NCBI GenBank assembly: GCA_963771355.1
Contig: CAVYTA010000007.1
Location: forward strand, 480,001 to 544,000
Reading direction: 5' to 3'
Length of the DNA: 64,000 nucleotides
Source of the DNA: an uncultured Candidatus Rokubacteria bacterium
Lineage (GTDB): Bacteria > Methylomirabilota > Methylomirabilia > Rokubacteriales > CSP1-6
Shown: piece after piece, positions 36,735-47,660 of the stretch
Layout: the number at the start of each line of letters is the position of its first letter
How positions within the stretch are numbered: position 1 is the stretch's first letter
Program-made: the position numbers and the translations under genes
Notes under the pieces: generated by a model
Seen by the model: only the letters and a program-made list of their open reading frames with translations
Database searches by the model: none
What the model was told of the DNA's origin: nothing

Positions 36735-36750
36735 GGGCACACCGATTGCA
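36735..36750 (+). promoter_or_regulatory. sigma54 promoter for the tre/glg operon
   Basis: GGGCACACCGATTGCA, with IHF-like TTTCAGGGCGTTG (minus) at 36696-36708. Confidence 0.7.
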
Positions 36751-36774
36751 CTCCCTGCCGCGACGAGACTGTCG

Positions 36775-39700
36775 ATGACGTACGCCCATGCGCTCTTCGC
36801 CGAGGCGGTCGCCCAGCTTCGGCAGCCGGGCACCGCGACCTACCGGTTCCAGCTTGGGCCATCGCGGGGATTCGAACACGTCGCCGCCCTCGCCGAGTAT
36901 CTCGACACCCTTGGTGTCACCGACGTCTACCTGTCGCCTTGCTTCAAGTGTGCTCCCGGCAGCACGCACGGCTATGACGTGACCGATCACAACGCCTTCA
37001 ATCCCGAGATCGGAAGCCCGATCACGTTCGACCGGATGACTGCGACCCTCGACAAGCGCGGCATGGGGGTCATTCTCGACATCGTGCCCAATCACATGGG
37101 CGTGGCGGGCGACACCAACCCCTGGTGGATGGACGTCCTCGAGAATGGCCCCAGCTCCCCCCGCGCCGCCTTCTTCGACATCGAGTGGGCACCTCCGAAG
37201 GCCGAGCTACGGAACAAGGTGCTCCTGCCCGTGCTCCCGGACCAGTATGGGCAGGTCCTGGAGGCGGGCCAGCTCCAGCTCGAGCTGATCGACGGCGCGG
37301 TCCGGCTGCGCTGCGAGGGCGCCGGGCTGCCCATACGCCCCGAGTCGTACCCCCGGATCCTCACCCATCGCCTCGAGGACCTGGCGTCACGCCTCGGGGA
37401 AGACCATGTCCACCTCCGGGAGCTCAGGAGCATCCTCACTTCGCTGACCCATCTGCCCGACCGGGGCGACGCGGATCCGGCGCGCATCGACGAGCGACTC
37501 CGGGAAAAAAAGGTCGTGAAGAGCCGGCTCGCTGCGCTCCTCAAGGAGTCGGCGGACATACGCGACTTCGTCGACGACAACCTCCGGGCCTTCAACGGAA
37601 GGGTGGGCGAGGCCGCCAGTTTCGACTTGCTGGACTCCCTGCTGTTCGAGCAGACGTACCGCCTCGCCGACTGGCGGGTGGCCGGCGACGAGGTCAACTA
37701 TCGGCGCTTCTTCGACATCAATCATCTCGCCGCCATCCGGATGGAGCGTCCGGAGGTCTTCGCGGAGAGCCACCAGCTGGTCCTCCGGCTGGTCGGCGAG
37801 GGCAAGGTCGTGGGCATCCGGGTGGATCACCCGGACGGTCTCTACGGGCCCGGCGAGTATTTCCGGCGGCTGCAGGAGGGCGCCATCCTCGCCACCGCGC
37901 GCCGCCTCCACCCCGATCTCGACCCCGCGTCCGCCTTTGCCGTGTCCGCCGAGTACCGGGCGGCGGTGGCGGCCGATCCGGGGAACGCGACCGCGCGGCC
38001 GCTCTGGATTGCCGCGGAGAAGATTCTGAAGCCCGACGAGCCACTCCCCGAGTGGTGGCCGGTGGCGGGCACGACGGGCTACGATTTCCTCGGCTCGGTG
38101 AACGGCCTCTTCGTCGATCGCAGCACCTCGCGCCAGCTGACGGCCGCCTACTCCCGCTTCGCCGGAAATACCGAGCCCATGGCGGAGCTGAGCTACTCCG
38201 CCAAGCGGCTCATCATGCAGGTCTCCATGGCCAGCGAGATCACGCAGCTCGGCCTTGCGCTCGATCGCATCTCGGAGCGCAACCGCCTCTCCCGCGATTT
38301 CACGCTCGCGAACCTTATCCGCGCGATCCGGGAGGTCATCGCGGCCTTTGCCGTCTACCGCACCTATATCGGCGACCTCGGGGACGAGCCGAGCAGCCGC
38401 GACCGGGCCTGCATCGACCGCGCCCTCGCCGAGGCCAAGCGCCGGAATCCCACCATGAGCGCCTCGATCTTCGAGTTCCTGCGCGACGCCCTGCTGCTGC
38501 ACCATCCGCCTCGAAGCGACGAGTCCGCGCGCGCCGAACGCCGTCACTTCACGATGCGCTTCCAGCAGACGACGGGGCCGGTCACCGCCAAGGGGGTGGA
38601 GGATACGGCGCTCTATCGCTACCACCGGCTCGTCTCGCTGAATGAAGTGGGCGGGGACCCGGCGCGGTACGGCGAGCCGGTCGCCTCCTTTCACGAGAAG
38701 AACGCGCGGCGGCGGGAGCGCTGGCCCGATTCGCTCGTCTGTACTTCGACGCACGACACGAAGCGTGGCGAGGACGTGCGGGCCCGGATCAGCGTCCTCT
38801 CTGAGATACCGGAGGTCTGGGTTTCGCACGTCCGCCGTTGGCGCACAATCAACCGCCGATTCAAGCGGGACGTCGACGGGCGCAGCGCGCCCGATCGCAA
38901 TGACGAATACCTTCTCTATCAGACGCTGGTCGGGGCCTGGCCGGCTCGAGACGATGACGAGTCGACCGAGACGCTGGTCAACCGGATTTCCGAGTACATG
39001 GAGAAGGCGGCGAAGGAGGCCAAACGGCGCACGAGCTGGATCAATCCCGATGCTGGGTACGACCAGGCCCTCCGGACCTTCGTCGGCGGGCTTCTGTCCA
39101 CAGGAAGTCCGTTTCTCGAGGTCTTCACGCCGTTCCAGCGCCGTGTGGCCCTCTACGGCTCGGTCAACTCCCTGGCGCAGACCGCCCTCAAGATCGCCGC
39201 CCCCGGCATTCCAGATTTCTACCAGGGCTCCGAGCTGTGGGATCTGGCCCTGGTCGACCCCGACAATCGCCGGCCGGTGGACTACGTTCGGCGACAGACG
39301 CTGCTGGAGGATATGAGGGCGCGCATCGAGGAGCCCTCCGACGATCTGGCGTCCGTGTGCGACGAGCTCTGCGGTTCCTGGCCCGACGGTCGCGTCAAGA
39401 TGTACGTGACCCTTCGCGCACTGACACTCCGGCGGCAACTTCCGATGCTGTTCCGCTCCGGACGCTACGAGGCCCTGTCGGCGGAGGGGGAGCACGCGGA
39501 GCATATCGTGGCCCTGACCCGACGGGATGATACGGACTCCGTCGTGGTGGTGGTGCCGCGGCTGACCGCTCGCCTGACGGCGTTCGTGGGCCGATATCCG
39601 CTCGGGGATTCCGTCTGGAAGGACACACGGATCGTGCTGGATCGCCCCGGGCTCGAGGGGATCTATACGGACCGGTTCTCCGGCCTCCACATCGCCACCG

Positions 39701-39789
39701 GGCGGCGGAACGGGACGCCCACGCTTCCCGTCGCGGCGCTCTTGGCCCGCTTCCCCGTCGCCATGCTCAGGCGCGAGGCGACTCCGTGA
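36775..39789 (+). CDS. treY: Malto-oligosyltrehalose synthase
   Basis: [41 protein letters not shown] and STHDTKR. Confidence 0.95.
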   Translation: MTYAHALFAEAVAQLRQPGTATYRFQLGPSRGFEHVAALAEYLDTLGVTDVYLSPCFKCAPGSTHGYDVTDHNAFNPEIGSPITFDRMTATLDKRGMGVILDIVPNHMGVAGDTNPWWMDVLENGPSSPRAAFFDIEWAPPKAELRNKVLLPVLPDQYGQVLEAGQLQLELIDGAVRLRCEGAGLPIRPESYPRILTHRLEDLASRLGEDHVHLRELRSILTSLTHLPDRGDADPARIDERLREKKVVKSRLAALLKESADIRDFVDDNLRAFNGRVGEAASFDLLDSLLFEQTYRLADWRVAGDEVNYRRFFDINHLAAIRMERPEVFAESHQLVLRLVGEGKVVGIRVDHPDGLYGPGEYFRRLQEGAILATARRLHPDLDPASAFAVSAEYRAAVAADPGNATARPLWIAAEKILKPDEPLPEWWPVAGTTGYDFLGSVNGLFVDRSTSRQLTAAYSRFAGNTEPMAELSYSAKRLIMQVSMASEITQLGLALDRISERNRLSRDFTLANLIRAIREVIAAFAVYRTYIGDLGDEPSSRDRACIDRALAEAKRRNPTMSASIFEFLRDALLLHHPPRSDESARAERRHFTMRFQQTTGPVTAKGVEDTALYRYHRLVSLNEVGGDPARYGEPVASFHEKNARRRERWPDSLVCTSTHDTKRGEDVRARISVLSEIPEVWVSHVRRWRTINRRFKRDVDGRSAPDRNDEYLLYQTLVGAWPARDDDESTETLVNRISEYMEKAAKEAKRRTSWINPDAGYDQALRTFVGGLLSTGSPFLEVFTPFQRRVALYGSVNSLAQTALKIAAPGIPDFYQGSELWDLALVDPDNRRPVDYVRRQTLLEDMRARIEEPSDDLASVCDELCGSWPDGRVKMYVTLRALTLRRQLPMLFRSGRYEALSAEGEHAEHIVALTRRDDTDSVVVVVPRLTARLTAFVGRYPLGDSVWKDTRIVLDRPGLEGIYTDRFSGLHIATGRRNGTPTLPVAALLARFPVAMLRREATP

Positions 39790-41936
39790 CATCTCCTCGC
39801 ACACGGCCGGGCGCGCCGTATCCGCTCGGCGCCACGTGGGACGGCGCCGGCGTCAACTTCGCGCTGTTCAGTGAGCACGCGACGGCGGTGGATCTCTGCC
39901 TCTTCGCCCCCGAGGGCCCCCGGCGAGAGCGTCACCGCATCCGCATGCGCGACCGCACGAATCAGGTGTGGCATGTCTACCTACCCGAGGCGCGACCGGG
40001 GCTCCCGTACGGCTATCGCGTACATGGCCCGTACGCGCCCGAGGAAGGCCACCGCTTCAATCCGGCCAAGCTCCTGCTCGACCCCTACGCCAAGGCCATC
40101 CAGGGATCTCTCCAGTGGCATGACGCGCTCCATGGTTACCGTGTGGGTGATCCCGCTGAGGACCTGGCGCCGGATGACACCGACAGCGCGCCTTTCATGC
40201 CGAGGAGCGTCGTCATCGACCCCGCCTTCAGCTGGGGAGCCGACCGGCGACCCCGGACACCATGGCACAAGACGGTCATCTACGAGCTGCATGTCAAGGG
40301 CTTCACGGCCCGCCATCCCGACGTGCCCCGTCCGCTGCGCGGCACCTACGCCGGTCTGGCCGCCCCCGCCGCGGTGGAGTACCTGACGCGGCTCGGGATC
40401 ACCGCGGTCGAGCTGCTGCCCGTGCATTACTCGGTCGTGGACAGGCACCTGCTGGAGCGCGGGCTCACGAACTACTGGGGCTACAATTCGATCGGATTTC
40501 TCGCCCCCGACTCTCGATTCGCCGCCTCGCGTAGGGTGGGTGACCAGGTCGCCGAGTTCAAGACCATGGTGAAAACCCTCCACGAGGCCGGGATCGAGAT
40601 CATCCTCGACGTGGTCTACAACCACACCGCGGAGGGCAGTCACCTGGGGCCGACCCTGTCCTTCCGCGGCATCGACAATGCCGCCTACTACCGCCTGGTG
40701 TCCGACAGTCCGCGCCACTACATGGACTACACGGGCTGCGGCAATACACTGAACATGACCCATCCGCGCACCCTCCAGCTCATCATGGACAGCCTGCGCT
40801 ACTGGGTCCTCGAGATGCATATCGACGGCTTCCGCTTCGACCTGGCGTCCGCCCTCGCGCGCGAGTTCCACGACGTGAATCGTCTCTCCGCCTTCTTCGA
40901 CGTCATCCAGCAGGATCCCGTGATCTCCCAGGTCAAGCTCATCGCCGAGCCCTGGGACCTGGGCGAGGGCGGCTATCAGGTCGGCAACTTTCCGCCGGGA
41001 TGGGCGGAGTGGAACGGGCGCTACCGGGACGCCATCCGCCGCTACTGGAAGGGCGACGAGCGGCAGGTGGCCGATCTCGGCTATCGGCTCACCGGCTCGA
41101 GCGACCTCTACGAGCAGGACGGCCGCCGGCCGTCGGCGAGCGTGAACTTCGTCACCGCCCACGACGGCTTCACGCTGGCGGATCTGGTGTCCTATAACGG
41201 CAAGCACAACGAGGCCAATGGCGAGGACAACCGGGACGGCACCGACGACAATGAGTCCTGGAACTGCGGCGCCGAGGGGCCGACGGATGACCCGGCCGTC
41301 CTGGCGCTTCGCGAGCGTCAGCAGAGGAATTTCCTCGCCGCCCTGCTCCTGTCGCAGGGTATCCCCATGCTCCTGGCCGGCGACGAGAGCGGACGGACGC
41401 AGCACGGCAACAACAACGCGTACTGTCAGGACAACGAGCGGTCGTGGCACAGCTGGCCTTTGCCGCGCACGGCCCTGCGCCAGCTCGAGTTCACCCGCCG
41501 GCTCATTCGCCTCCGCCTCGACAATCCGGTCTTCCATCGACGTCTCTTCTTCCAGGGCCGCCACATTCACGGCTCTGCCGTCAAGGACCTCTCGTGGTTC
41601 CGCCCCGACGGCAAGGAGATGACGGACGACGAATGGAGCAACGGGTTCACGCGCTGTCTCGGGCTGCGGCTGGCCGGGGATGCCATCGAGGAGACGGACG
41701 AGAAGGGGCAACCGGTCGTGGGCGACACGTTTCTCCTGCTCCTGAACGCACACCACGAGCCGATCCCGTTCATCCTGCCCGCTCACCGGGCCCGCGTGCG
41801 CTGGGACCTGATCCTGGACACGCGGGACTGGGACCTCGGCAAGCGCGTTTCGACCTTCCGCGTCGGGGAGAGCTATCCTCTCGATGGGCGCTCGCTCGCG
41901 GTGCTGCGACTGCGGCGTCCCCGGGACCGGTCATGA
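39786..41936 (+). CDS. glgX: Glycogen debranching enzyme (isoamylase)
   Basis: [38 protein letters not shown] and AHDGFTL. Confidence 0.95.
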   Translation: MTSPRTRPGAPYPLGATWDGAGVNFALFSEHATAVDLCLFAPEGPRRERHRIRMRDRTNQVWHVYLPEARPGLPYGYRVHGPYAPEEGHRFNPAKLLLDPYAKAIQGSLQWHDALHGYRVGDPAEDLAPDDTDSAPFMPRSVVIDPAFSWGADRRPRTPWHKTVIYELHVKGFTARHPDVPRPLRGTYAGLAAPAAVEYLTRLGITAVELLPVHYSVVDRHLLERGLTNYWGYNSIGFLAPDSRFAASRRVGDQVAEFKTMVKTLHEAGIEIILDVVYNHTAEGSHLGPTLSFRGIDNAAYYRLVSDSPRHYMDYTGCGNTLNMTHPRTLQLIMDSLRYWVLEMHIDGFRFDLASALAREFHDVNRLSAFFDVIQQDPVISQVKLIAEPWDLGEGGYQVGNFPPGWAEWNGRYRDAIRRYWKGDERQVADLGYRLTGSSDLYEQDGRRPSASVNFVTAHDGFTLADLVSYNGKHNEANGEDNRDGTDDNESWNCGAEGPTDDPAVLALRERQQRNFLAALLLSQGIPMLLAGDESGRTQHGNNNAYCQDNERSWHSWPLPRTALRQLEFTRRLIRLRLDNPVFHRRLFFQGRHIHGSAVKDLSWFRPDGKEMTDDEWSNGFTRCLGLRLAGDAIEETDEKGQPVVGDTFLLLLNAHHEPIPFILPAHRARVRWDLILDTRDWDLGKRVSTFRVGESYPLDGRSLAVLRLRRPRDRS

Positions 41937-43891
41937 GGTGGCGGAGGCTCCCGATCGGCGCGGAGCGCTCGGTCGACGGTGGGGTGCATTTTCGCGTCTG
42001 GGCGCCGCGGCCGAAGCGGGTGACGGTGGTGCTGGGGCACGAGCGGGATCGACAGGCCGTTCCGCTCGCCGCCGAGGGCAATGGATACTTCGCGGGCGTC
42101 TCGGCCGAGGCCGGCGTCGGCACGCTGTATCGCTTCCGTCTCGACGATGACGACACGCTGTATCCCGATCCCGCGTCGCGCTCTCAGCCGGAGGGCCCCG
42201 CCGGCCCCTCCCGCGTGATCGACCCCACGGAGTTCGCCTGGACGGACGCGGGCTGGGGGGGCGCCCCCCTCCACGGGCAAGTGATCTACGAGATGCACAT
42301 CGGCACGTTCACGCGCGAGCGCACATGGGCGGCGGCGGCGCGAGAGCTCGGCGAGCTGGCGGCCCTCGGGGTGACCTGCCTGGAGATGATGCCGATCGCC
42401 GAGTTCCCCGGGCGATTCGGCTGGGGCTACGACGGCGTCGATCTCTTCGCGCCCACCCGCCTCTACGGCGAGCCGGACGACCTGCGCCGGTTCGTGGATC
42501 AGGCGCATCGCCATGGGCTGGCCGTCATCCTGGACGTCGTCTACAACCATCTCGGGCCGGACGGCAACTACCTCAAGCAGTTCTCGCCGGACTACTTCAC
42601 CGACCGGTATGCCACGGACTGGGGGGAGGCCATCAACTTCGACGGCCCCGCCTCGGGACCGGTGCGCGAGTTCTTCCTCGCCAATGCCCGCGCATGGATC
42701 GAGGAGTTCCACTTCGACGGGCTCCGGCTGGACGCCACCCAGGCCATTCACGATGAGTCCCCCGAGCACATCGTGTCGGCCCTCGCGCGCGAGGTGCGCG
42801 CCGCCGCCCGCGGGCGCGCGACGCTCATCGTCGCGGAGAACGAGCTACAGCATTCGGACCTCGTCCGCCCAGCCGACCGCGGGGGCGGCGGTCTCGACGC
42901 GCTCTGGAACGACGATCTGCATCACAGCGCCGTGGTTGCGCTCACCGGCAAGAAGGAAGCGTACTACACCGACTACAACGGCTCGCCCCAGGAGCTCATC
43001 TCCGCCGCGAAGTGGGGCTTTCTCTACCAGGGCCAGCGGTACAAGTGGCAGCGACAGCGGCGCGGCCGACCGGCCCTCGATCTGCCGCCGGCCCACTTCG
43101 TGAGCTTCATCGAGAACCACGATCACGTGGCCAACGCCGCCGAGGGCAGCCGTCTGCACCGCCTGACGAGCCCGGGGCGCTACCGCGCGATGACGGCGTA
43201 TCTGCTGCTGACCCCGGGTACCCCCATGCTGTTCCAGGGGCAGGAGTTCGCTTCGTCGGCGCCGTTCCTGTACTTCGCGGATCACCGCGGCGAGCTCGGT
43301 GTCGCCGTGCGCAAGGGCCGCGCCGAATTCCTCGCGCAGTTCCCGAGCATCGCCACGCCGGAGATGATGGCGGCCCTGCCCGATCCGACCGCGGCCGACA
43401 CGTTCGAGCGCTGCACGCTCGACTTCGGGGAGCGGCGGCGCCATGAGAGCATCTATCGTATGCATCGCGACCTCCTGCGGCTCCGGCGCCACGATCCGGT
43501 GGTGAGCGCGCAGCGGCCGCGCGGCGTGGATGGCGCCGTGCTCGGGCCGGAGGCCTTCGTCCTGCGCTTCTTCGGAGAGGGAGGCGGCGACCGGCTGCTC
43601 GTCGTGAATCTGGGCGCCGATCTCACGTTCAATCCCGCGCCGGAGCCTCTCCTCGCGCCGCCCGCCGCCGCGCTCTGGCAAATCCTCTGGTCGAGCGACG
43701 ACGTTCGCTACGGGGGCGCGGGGGTGGCGCCGATCGAGATGCGGCAGAACTGGTGTATTCCCGGCCACGCGGCTGTCCTGCTCGAGCCCCATCCGGCGGC
43801 GGGGGCAGACGATCCGGCCGGCGGCGAGGGGGAGGAGACGGAGGAAGAGGAAACTCGCCGGGACGGGCGACGGCGATTGGGGGCCGCGTAG
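41933..43891 (+). CDS. treZ: Malto-oligosyltrehalose trehalohydrolase
   Basis: [34 protein letters not shown] and ENHD. ATGA overlap with glgX. Confidence 0.93.
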   Translation: MRWRRLPIGAERSVDGGVHFRVWAPRPKRVTVVLGHERDRQAVPLAAEGNGYFAGVSAEAGVGTLYRFRLDDDDTLYPDPASRSQPEGPAGPSRVIDPTEFAWTDAGWGGAPLHGQVIYEMHIGTFTRERTWAAAARELGELAALGVTCLEMMPIAEFPGRFGWGYDGVDLFAPTRLYGEPDDLRRFVDQAHRHGLAVILDVVYNHLGPDGNYLKQFSPDYFTDRYATDWGEAINFDGPASGPVREFFLANARAWIEEFHFDGLRLDATQAIHDESPEHIVSALAREVRAAARGRATLIVAENELQHSDLVRPADRGGGGLDALWNDDLHHSAVVALTGKKEAYYTDYNGSPQELISAAKWGFLYQGQRYKWQRQRRGRPALDLPPAHFVSFIENHDHVANAAEGSRLHRLTSPGRYRAMTAYLLLTPGTPMLFQGQEFASSAPFLYFADHRGELGVAVRKGRAEFLAQFPSIATPEMMAALPDPTAADTFERCTLDFGERRRHESIYRMHRDLLRLRRHDPVVSAQRPRGVDGAVLGPEAFVLRFFGEGGGDRLLVVNLGADLTFNPAPEPLLAPPAAALWQILWSSDDVRYGGAGVAPIEMRQNWCIPGHAAVLLEPHPAAGADDPAGGEGEETEEEETRRDGRRRLGAA

Positions 43892-43893
43892 TG

Positions 43894-45960
43894 ATGGAGG
43901 TCGCCCGCGCCCTCGCCTGCGCCGGAGAGCGAGAGCGCGACCCCGGCTCGCTGCTCAGCCGCGAGTGGCTGGTCACCAACGGGCTCGGTGGCTTCGCGGC
44001 GGGGACGCTGGCGGGCATCCCGACGCGCCGCTACCATGGGCTGCTCGTGGCGGCGCTCCCCACGCCGCTCGGACGGACCGTCATGCTGAATCACCTGTCC
44101 GAGTGGCTCCGGCTGGCCGATGGCACGCGCTTCGAGATCGGCGGGCAGGAGCGCGCCGGCAGCGGGCTCGAATGGCCCGGCGCGCGACACCTCGTCGAGT
44201 TCAGGCTCGAGTACGGCTTGCCCCGGTGGCGCTACGACATCGGCGACACGACCATCGAGAAGTCCGTGGGGATGCCGCACCAGCAGAACACCGTGCACGT
44301 CACGTATCGCCTGCTCCGCGGCGAGTCCGTCCGGCTCAAGCTCCGTCCGGCCCTCCACGTCCGCCCGCTCGAGGGCTCGGTGCATGGGGCGATCGCCGAG
44401 CCCTACACGATCACCGCCGTCGAGGATCGTCTGGAGCTGGCGACGGCGCGCGGCTACCCGCCGCTCCGTCTCAAGATCTACGGCCGCCGAGCCACCTTCG
44501 CGCTGGACAGCGCCCGGCTCCAGAACGTCCACTACCGGGCCGAGGCCGAACGAGGCTATGCGGACGCGGGCGAGCTGTGGAGCCCCGGCTACTTCAGCAC
44601 CGACCTCAGCCCGGACGCGAGCACGACCCTGATGGCCTCCACCGAGCCGTGGGACACGCTCGGGGCGCTCTCCCCAGAGGCCGCGGAAGAGGTCGAGCGC
44701 GAGCGTCGCGAGTGGCTACTCGCCAGCGCCCAGCCGGCGGCACCCTCCGGCGTGGGCGCCGAGCTCGTCCTTGCCGCCGACCAGTTCGTCATCACACCCT
44801 CGAGCCGGCGCGAGGATGCCGCCCGCGCCCGTGCCACCGGCGGCGACGTGCGCTCGATCATCGCCGGCTATCACTGGTTCACCGACTGGGGCCGCGACAC
44901 GATGATCGCCCTCGAAGGGCTCACGTGCGTGACCGGCCGCCACGTGGAGGCGGGGTACATCCTGCGCACGTTCGGCCAGCACGTGCGCGACGGCCTCATT
45001 CCCAACATGTTCCCCGACGGCAGCAACGAAGGTCTGTACCACACGGCGGATGCCACCCTGTGGTTCTTCCATGCGATCCATCGCTATCTCGTGACCACCG
45101 GGGATTCGGCGACCCTGGCCGCGCTCCTTCCGAAGCTCTGCGATATCGTCCACCGCCACCTCGAGGGCACGCGCTTCGGCATCCACGTCGATCCGAAGGA
45201 CGGCCTGCTGATCCAGGGAGCGGAAGGCTATGCGCTCACCTGGATGGACGCCAAGTGCGACGGGTGGGTGGTGACGCCCCGCCGCGGCAAGGCGGTCGAG
45301 ATCAATGCGCTCTGGTACAACGCGCTCCGACTGCTCGAGGGCTGGACGCGCGAGTCGGGGGACGATGGGGCGGCGGGCGTGCTCGCCGCTCACGCCGACC
45401 AGTGCCGCCGCTCGTTCAACCAGCGTTTCTGGAGTCCCGAGGCCGGGTATCTCCATGACGTGGTGGAGAGCGCCGACCTGGCGGGTGCGGACGACCGCGC
45501 CTGCCGTCCGAACCAGCTCCTCGCCATCTCGCTCCCGCACCCCGTGCTCGACGAGTCGCGCTGGGCCGCAGTCGTCGAGACCGCGCGCGCCCGTCTCTTG
45601 ACCCCGGTGGGGCTGCGCTCGCTGTCGCCCGACCACCCCGATTTCAAGCCCTCGTACCACGGCGACCTGCGGACGCGAGACGCGGCCTATCACCAGGGCG
45701 CGGTGTGGGCATGGCTGATCGGCCCGTTCATCGACGCATGGCTCAAGGTGCATCCGGACGACCGCGTGGGCGCGCGCCGCTTTCTCGACGGCTTCGTGCC
45801 GCATCTGGACGAGGCGTGCATCGGAACGATCGGCGAGATCTTCGACCCCATTGACCCGTACCGGCCCCGCGGCTGCGTCGCTCAGGCGTGGAGCGTCGCC
45901 GAGGTGCTGCGCTGCTGGGTCCATACCGCGCCCGTGGCCGCCCCCTCGGGGACGCCGTGA
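43894..45960 (+). CDS. Amylo-alpha-1,6-glucosidase (GDE_N/GDE_C debranching enzyme)
   Basis: EWLVTNGLGG, IAGYHWFTDWGRDTMI, TWMDA, EINALWYN and QAWSVAE. Confidence 0.92.
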   Translation: MEVARALACAGERERDPGSLLSREWLVTNGLGGFAAGTLAGIPTRRYHGLLVAALPTPLGRTVMLNHLSEWLRLADGTRFEIGGQERAGSGLEWPGARHLVEFRLEYGLPRWRYDIGDTTIEKSVGMPHQQNTVHVTYRLLRGESVRLKLRPALHVRPLEGSVHGAIAEPYTITAVEDRLELATARGYPPLRLKIYGRRATFALDSARLQNVHYRAEAERGYADAGELWSPGYFSTDLSPDASTTLMASTEPWDTLGALSPEAAEEVERERREWLLASAQPAAPSGVGAELVLAADQFVITPSSRREDAARARATGGDVRSIIAGYHWFTDWGRDTMIALEGLTCVTGRHVEAGYILRTFGQHVRDGLIPNMFPDGSNEGLYHTADATLWFFHAIHRYLVTTGDSATLAALLPKLCDIVHRHLEGTRFGIHVDPKDGLLIQGAEGYALTWMDAKCDGWVVTPRRGKAVEINALWYNALRLLEGWTRESGDDGAAGVLAAHADQCRRSFNQRFWSPEAGYLHDVVESADLAGADDRACRPNQLLAISLPHPVLDESRWAAVVETARARLLTPVGLRSLSPDHPDFKPSYHGDLRTRDAAYHQGAVWAWLIGPFIDAWLKVHPDDRVGARRFLDGFVPHLDEACIGTIGEIFDPIDPYRPRGCVAQAWSVAEVLRCWVHTAPVAAPSGTP

Positions 45961-47447
45961 GGTTCGCGCGGTCGAGCGGCGTACTCCTCCATCCTACGTC
46001 CCTGCCGGGCCCGTTCGGCGTCGGCGACTTCGGCCGGGAGGCCCGCGGCTTCGTCGACTTCCTGGCCGGCGCCGGGCAGACCTTCTGGCAGATCATGCCC
46101 CTCGGCCCTCCCGGCTACGGCGGGTCGCCGTATGCGTCCACCTCCGCGTTCGCGGGCAACGTGGAGCTGATCAGTCCCGAGGAGCTGGTCGCCGGGGGCC
46201 TCCTCGACGAGACGGACGTCGGCGGTCCACTCAAGCGCGACTTGCTCGAGCGAGCCTTTCATCGCTTCAAGGGCCGCGTCCAGGGTGACCGCGAGCTCCG
46301 GCACGATTACGAGAGCGTGCTCGCGCTGGCGGCATCCTGGCTCGACGACTACGTTCTGTTCGCCGCGCTCAAGGACGTTCACGACGGCGCCGGCTGGCTC
46401 TCGTGGGAACCCGCGTCCGCGCGTCGCGAGCCCGCCGGGCTCGCCCAGGCACGGCGCGAGCTCGGCGATCGGATCGAGGCGCACCGCTTCTTTCAGTACG
46501 TGTTCTTGCGGCAGTGGCTCGATCTCAAGCGCTACGCCAATGAGCGGGGGATCCGGATCGTCGGCGACATTCCTGTCTTCGTCGCCCACGACTCCGCCGA
46601 CGTGTGGGCGCGTCCGCACCTGTGGAAGCTCGACACGGATGGGCGGCCGACCGTCGTGGGCGGGGTGCCGCCGGATGCCTTCAGCGCCACCGGGCAGCTC
46701 TGGGGCAATCCGCTCTACGACTGGGACCGTCTTGGCGCCGAGGGGTTCGGGTGGTGGATCGACCGAATGCGCGAGACCCTCAAGCTCGTGGACGTGGTGC
46801 GGCTCGACCACTTCCGCGGGTTCGCCGCGTACTGGGAGGTGCCGGCGACCGCCCGCACCGCGGAGCACGGACGGTGGGTCGAGGCGCCGGGACGCGCGCT
46901 GCTGCGGGCGATCACCGGCGCGTGCGGCGGCAGCGACTTGCCGATCATCGCCGAGGATCTCGGCACCATCACGGCAGACGTGCACGCGCTGCGCGAGGAG
47001 TTCGGCTTCCCCGGCATGCGCGTGCTCCAGTTCGCGTGGAACGGCGATCCCCACGATGCCCACCTGCCCCACGAGTACCCGACGCACGTCGTCGCCTACA
47101 CGGGCACGCACGACAACGACACCGTCGTCGGCTGGTTCGCGCACCGCTCGGGCGAGACCGCCACCGAGGCGGAGCGTCTCGAGCGCGCGAGATGCCTGCG
47201 CTATCTCGGCGGCGCCGGCGCCCACATCCACTGGGACTTCATCCGCGCCGTCCAGATGTCGGTGGCCGACGTCAGCATCGTGCCGATGCAAGACCTCCTC
47301 GGCCTCGACTCCACCGCTCGCATGAACACGCCCGGCCGCGCCTCCGGCAACTGGTCCTGGCGGTTCCCACCCGGGGCGCTCACCGCGGAGCTTCGCGCGC
47401 GGCTGCGCGAGAGCACGGAGACCTACGGGCGCCGGCCGTCGCCCTGA
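45957..47447 (+). CDS. malQ: 4-alpha-glucanotransferase (amylomaltase)
   Basis: SGVLLHPTSLP, GVPPD, GQLWGNPLY, RLDHFRGF, AEDLG, YTGTHDN and RMNTPG. Confidence 0.95.
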   Translation: MRFARSSGVLLHPTSLPGPFGVGDFGREARGFVDFLAGAGQTFWQIMPLGPPGYGGSPYASTSAFAGNVELISPEELVAGGLLDETDVGGPLKRDLLERAFHRFKGRVQGDRELRHDYESVLALAASWLDDYVLFAALKDVHDGAGWLSWEPASARREPAGLAQARRELGDRIEAHRFFQYVFLRQWLDLKRYANERGIRIVGDIPVFVAHDSADVWARPHLWKLDTDGRPTVVGGVPPDAFSATGQLWGNPLYDWDRLGAEGFGWWIDRMRETLKLVDVVRLDHFRGFAAYWEVPATARTAEHGRWVEAPGRALLRAITGACGGSDLPIIAEDLGTITADVHALREEFGFPGMRVLQFAWNGDPHDAHLPHEYPTHVVAYTGTHDNDTVVGWFAHRSGETATEAERLERARCLRYLGGAGAHIHWDFIRAVQMSVADVSIVPMQDLLGLDSTARMNTPGRASGNWSWRFPPGALTAELRARLRESTETYGRRPSP

Positions 47448-47463
47448 CGGTGGGGAGAGACAC

Positions 47464-47509
47464 CCCGGCCACTCGCGAGAACGTCATCGAGCGCTCGGTG
47501 GTGCTTGCC
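47464..47509 (+). pseudogene. Relic fragment of a sigma54 activator gene (PG...RENVIERSVVLA)
   Basis: 18 nt (47478-47495) are identical to the NVIER-coding segment of the intact NtrC gene at 23250-23267. Confidence 0.45.
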
Positions 47510-47660
47510 TCCCGAGGCTCGCGAGAGGGAGCGAGACCACGCTACGCTCTTGACGCCGCCCTGGCGACGGAGCAGTATCGGTCCCGCCCGACCCGCTCGG
47601 CGTCTTGAAGCCGAGTTTTAGGCCCGCACGGCGCGGTGAACCCGAGACGAAGGAGGCGCC

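Noticed and set aside
46190..46260. malQ looks slightly short in one loop
   Set aside because: In frame with all catalytic motifs intact; cannot be called a lesion without an alignment.
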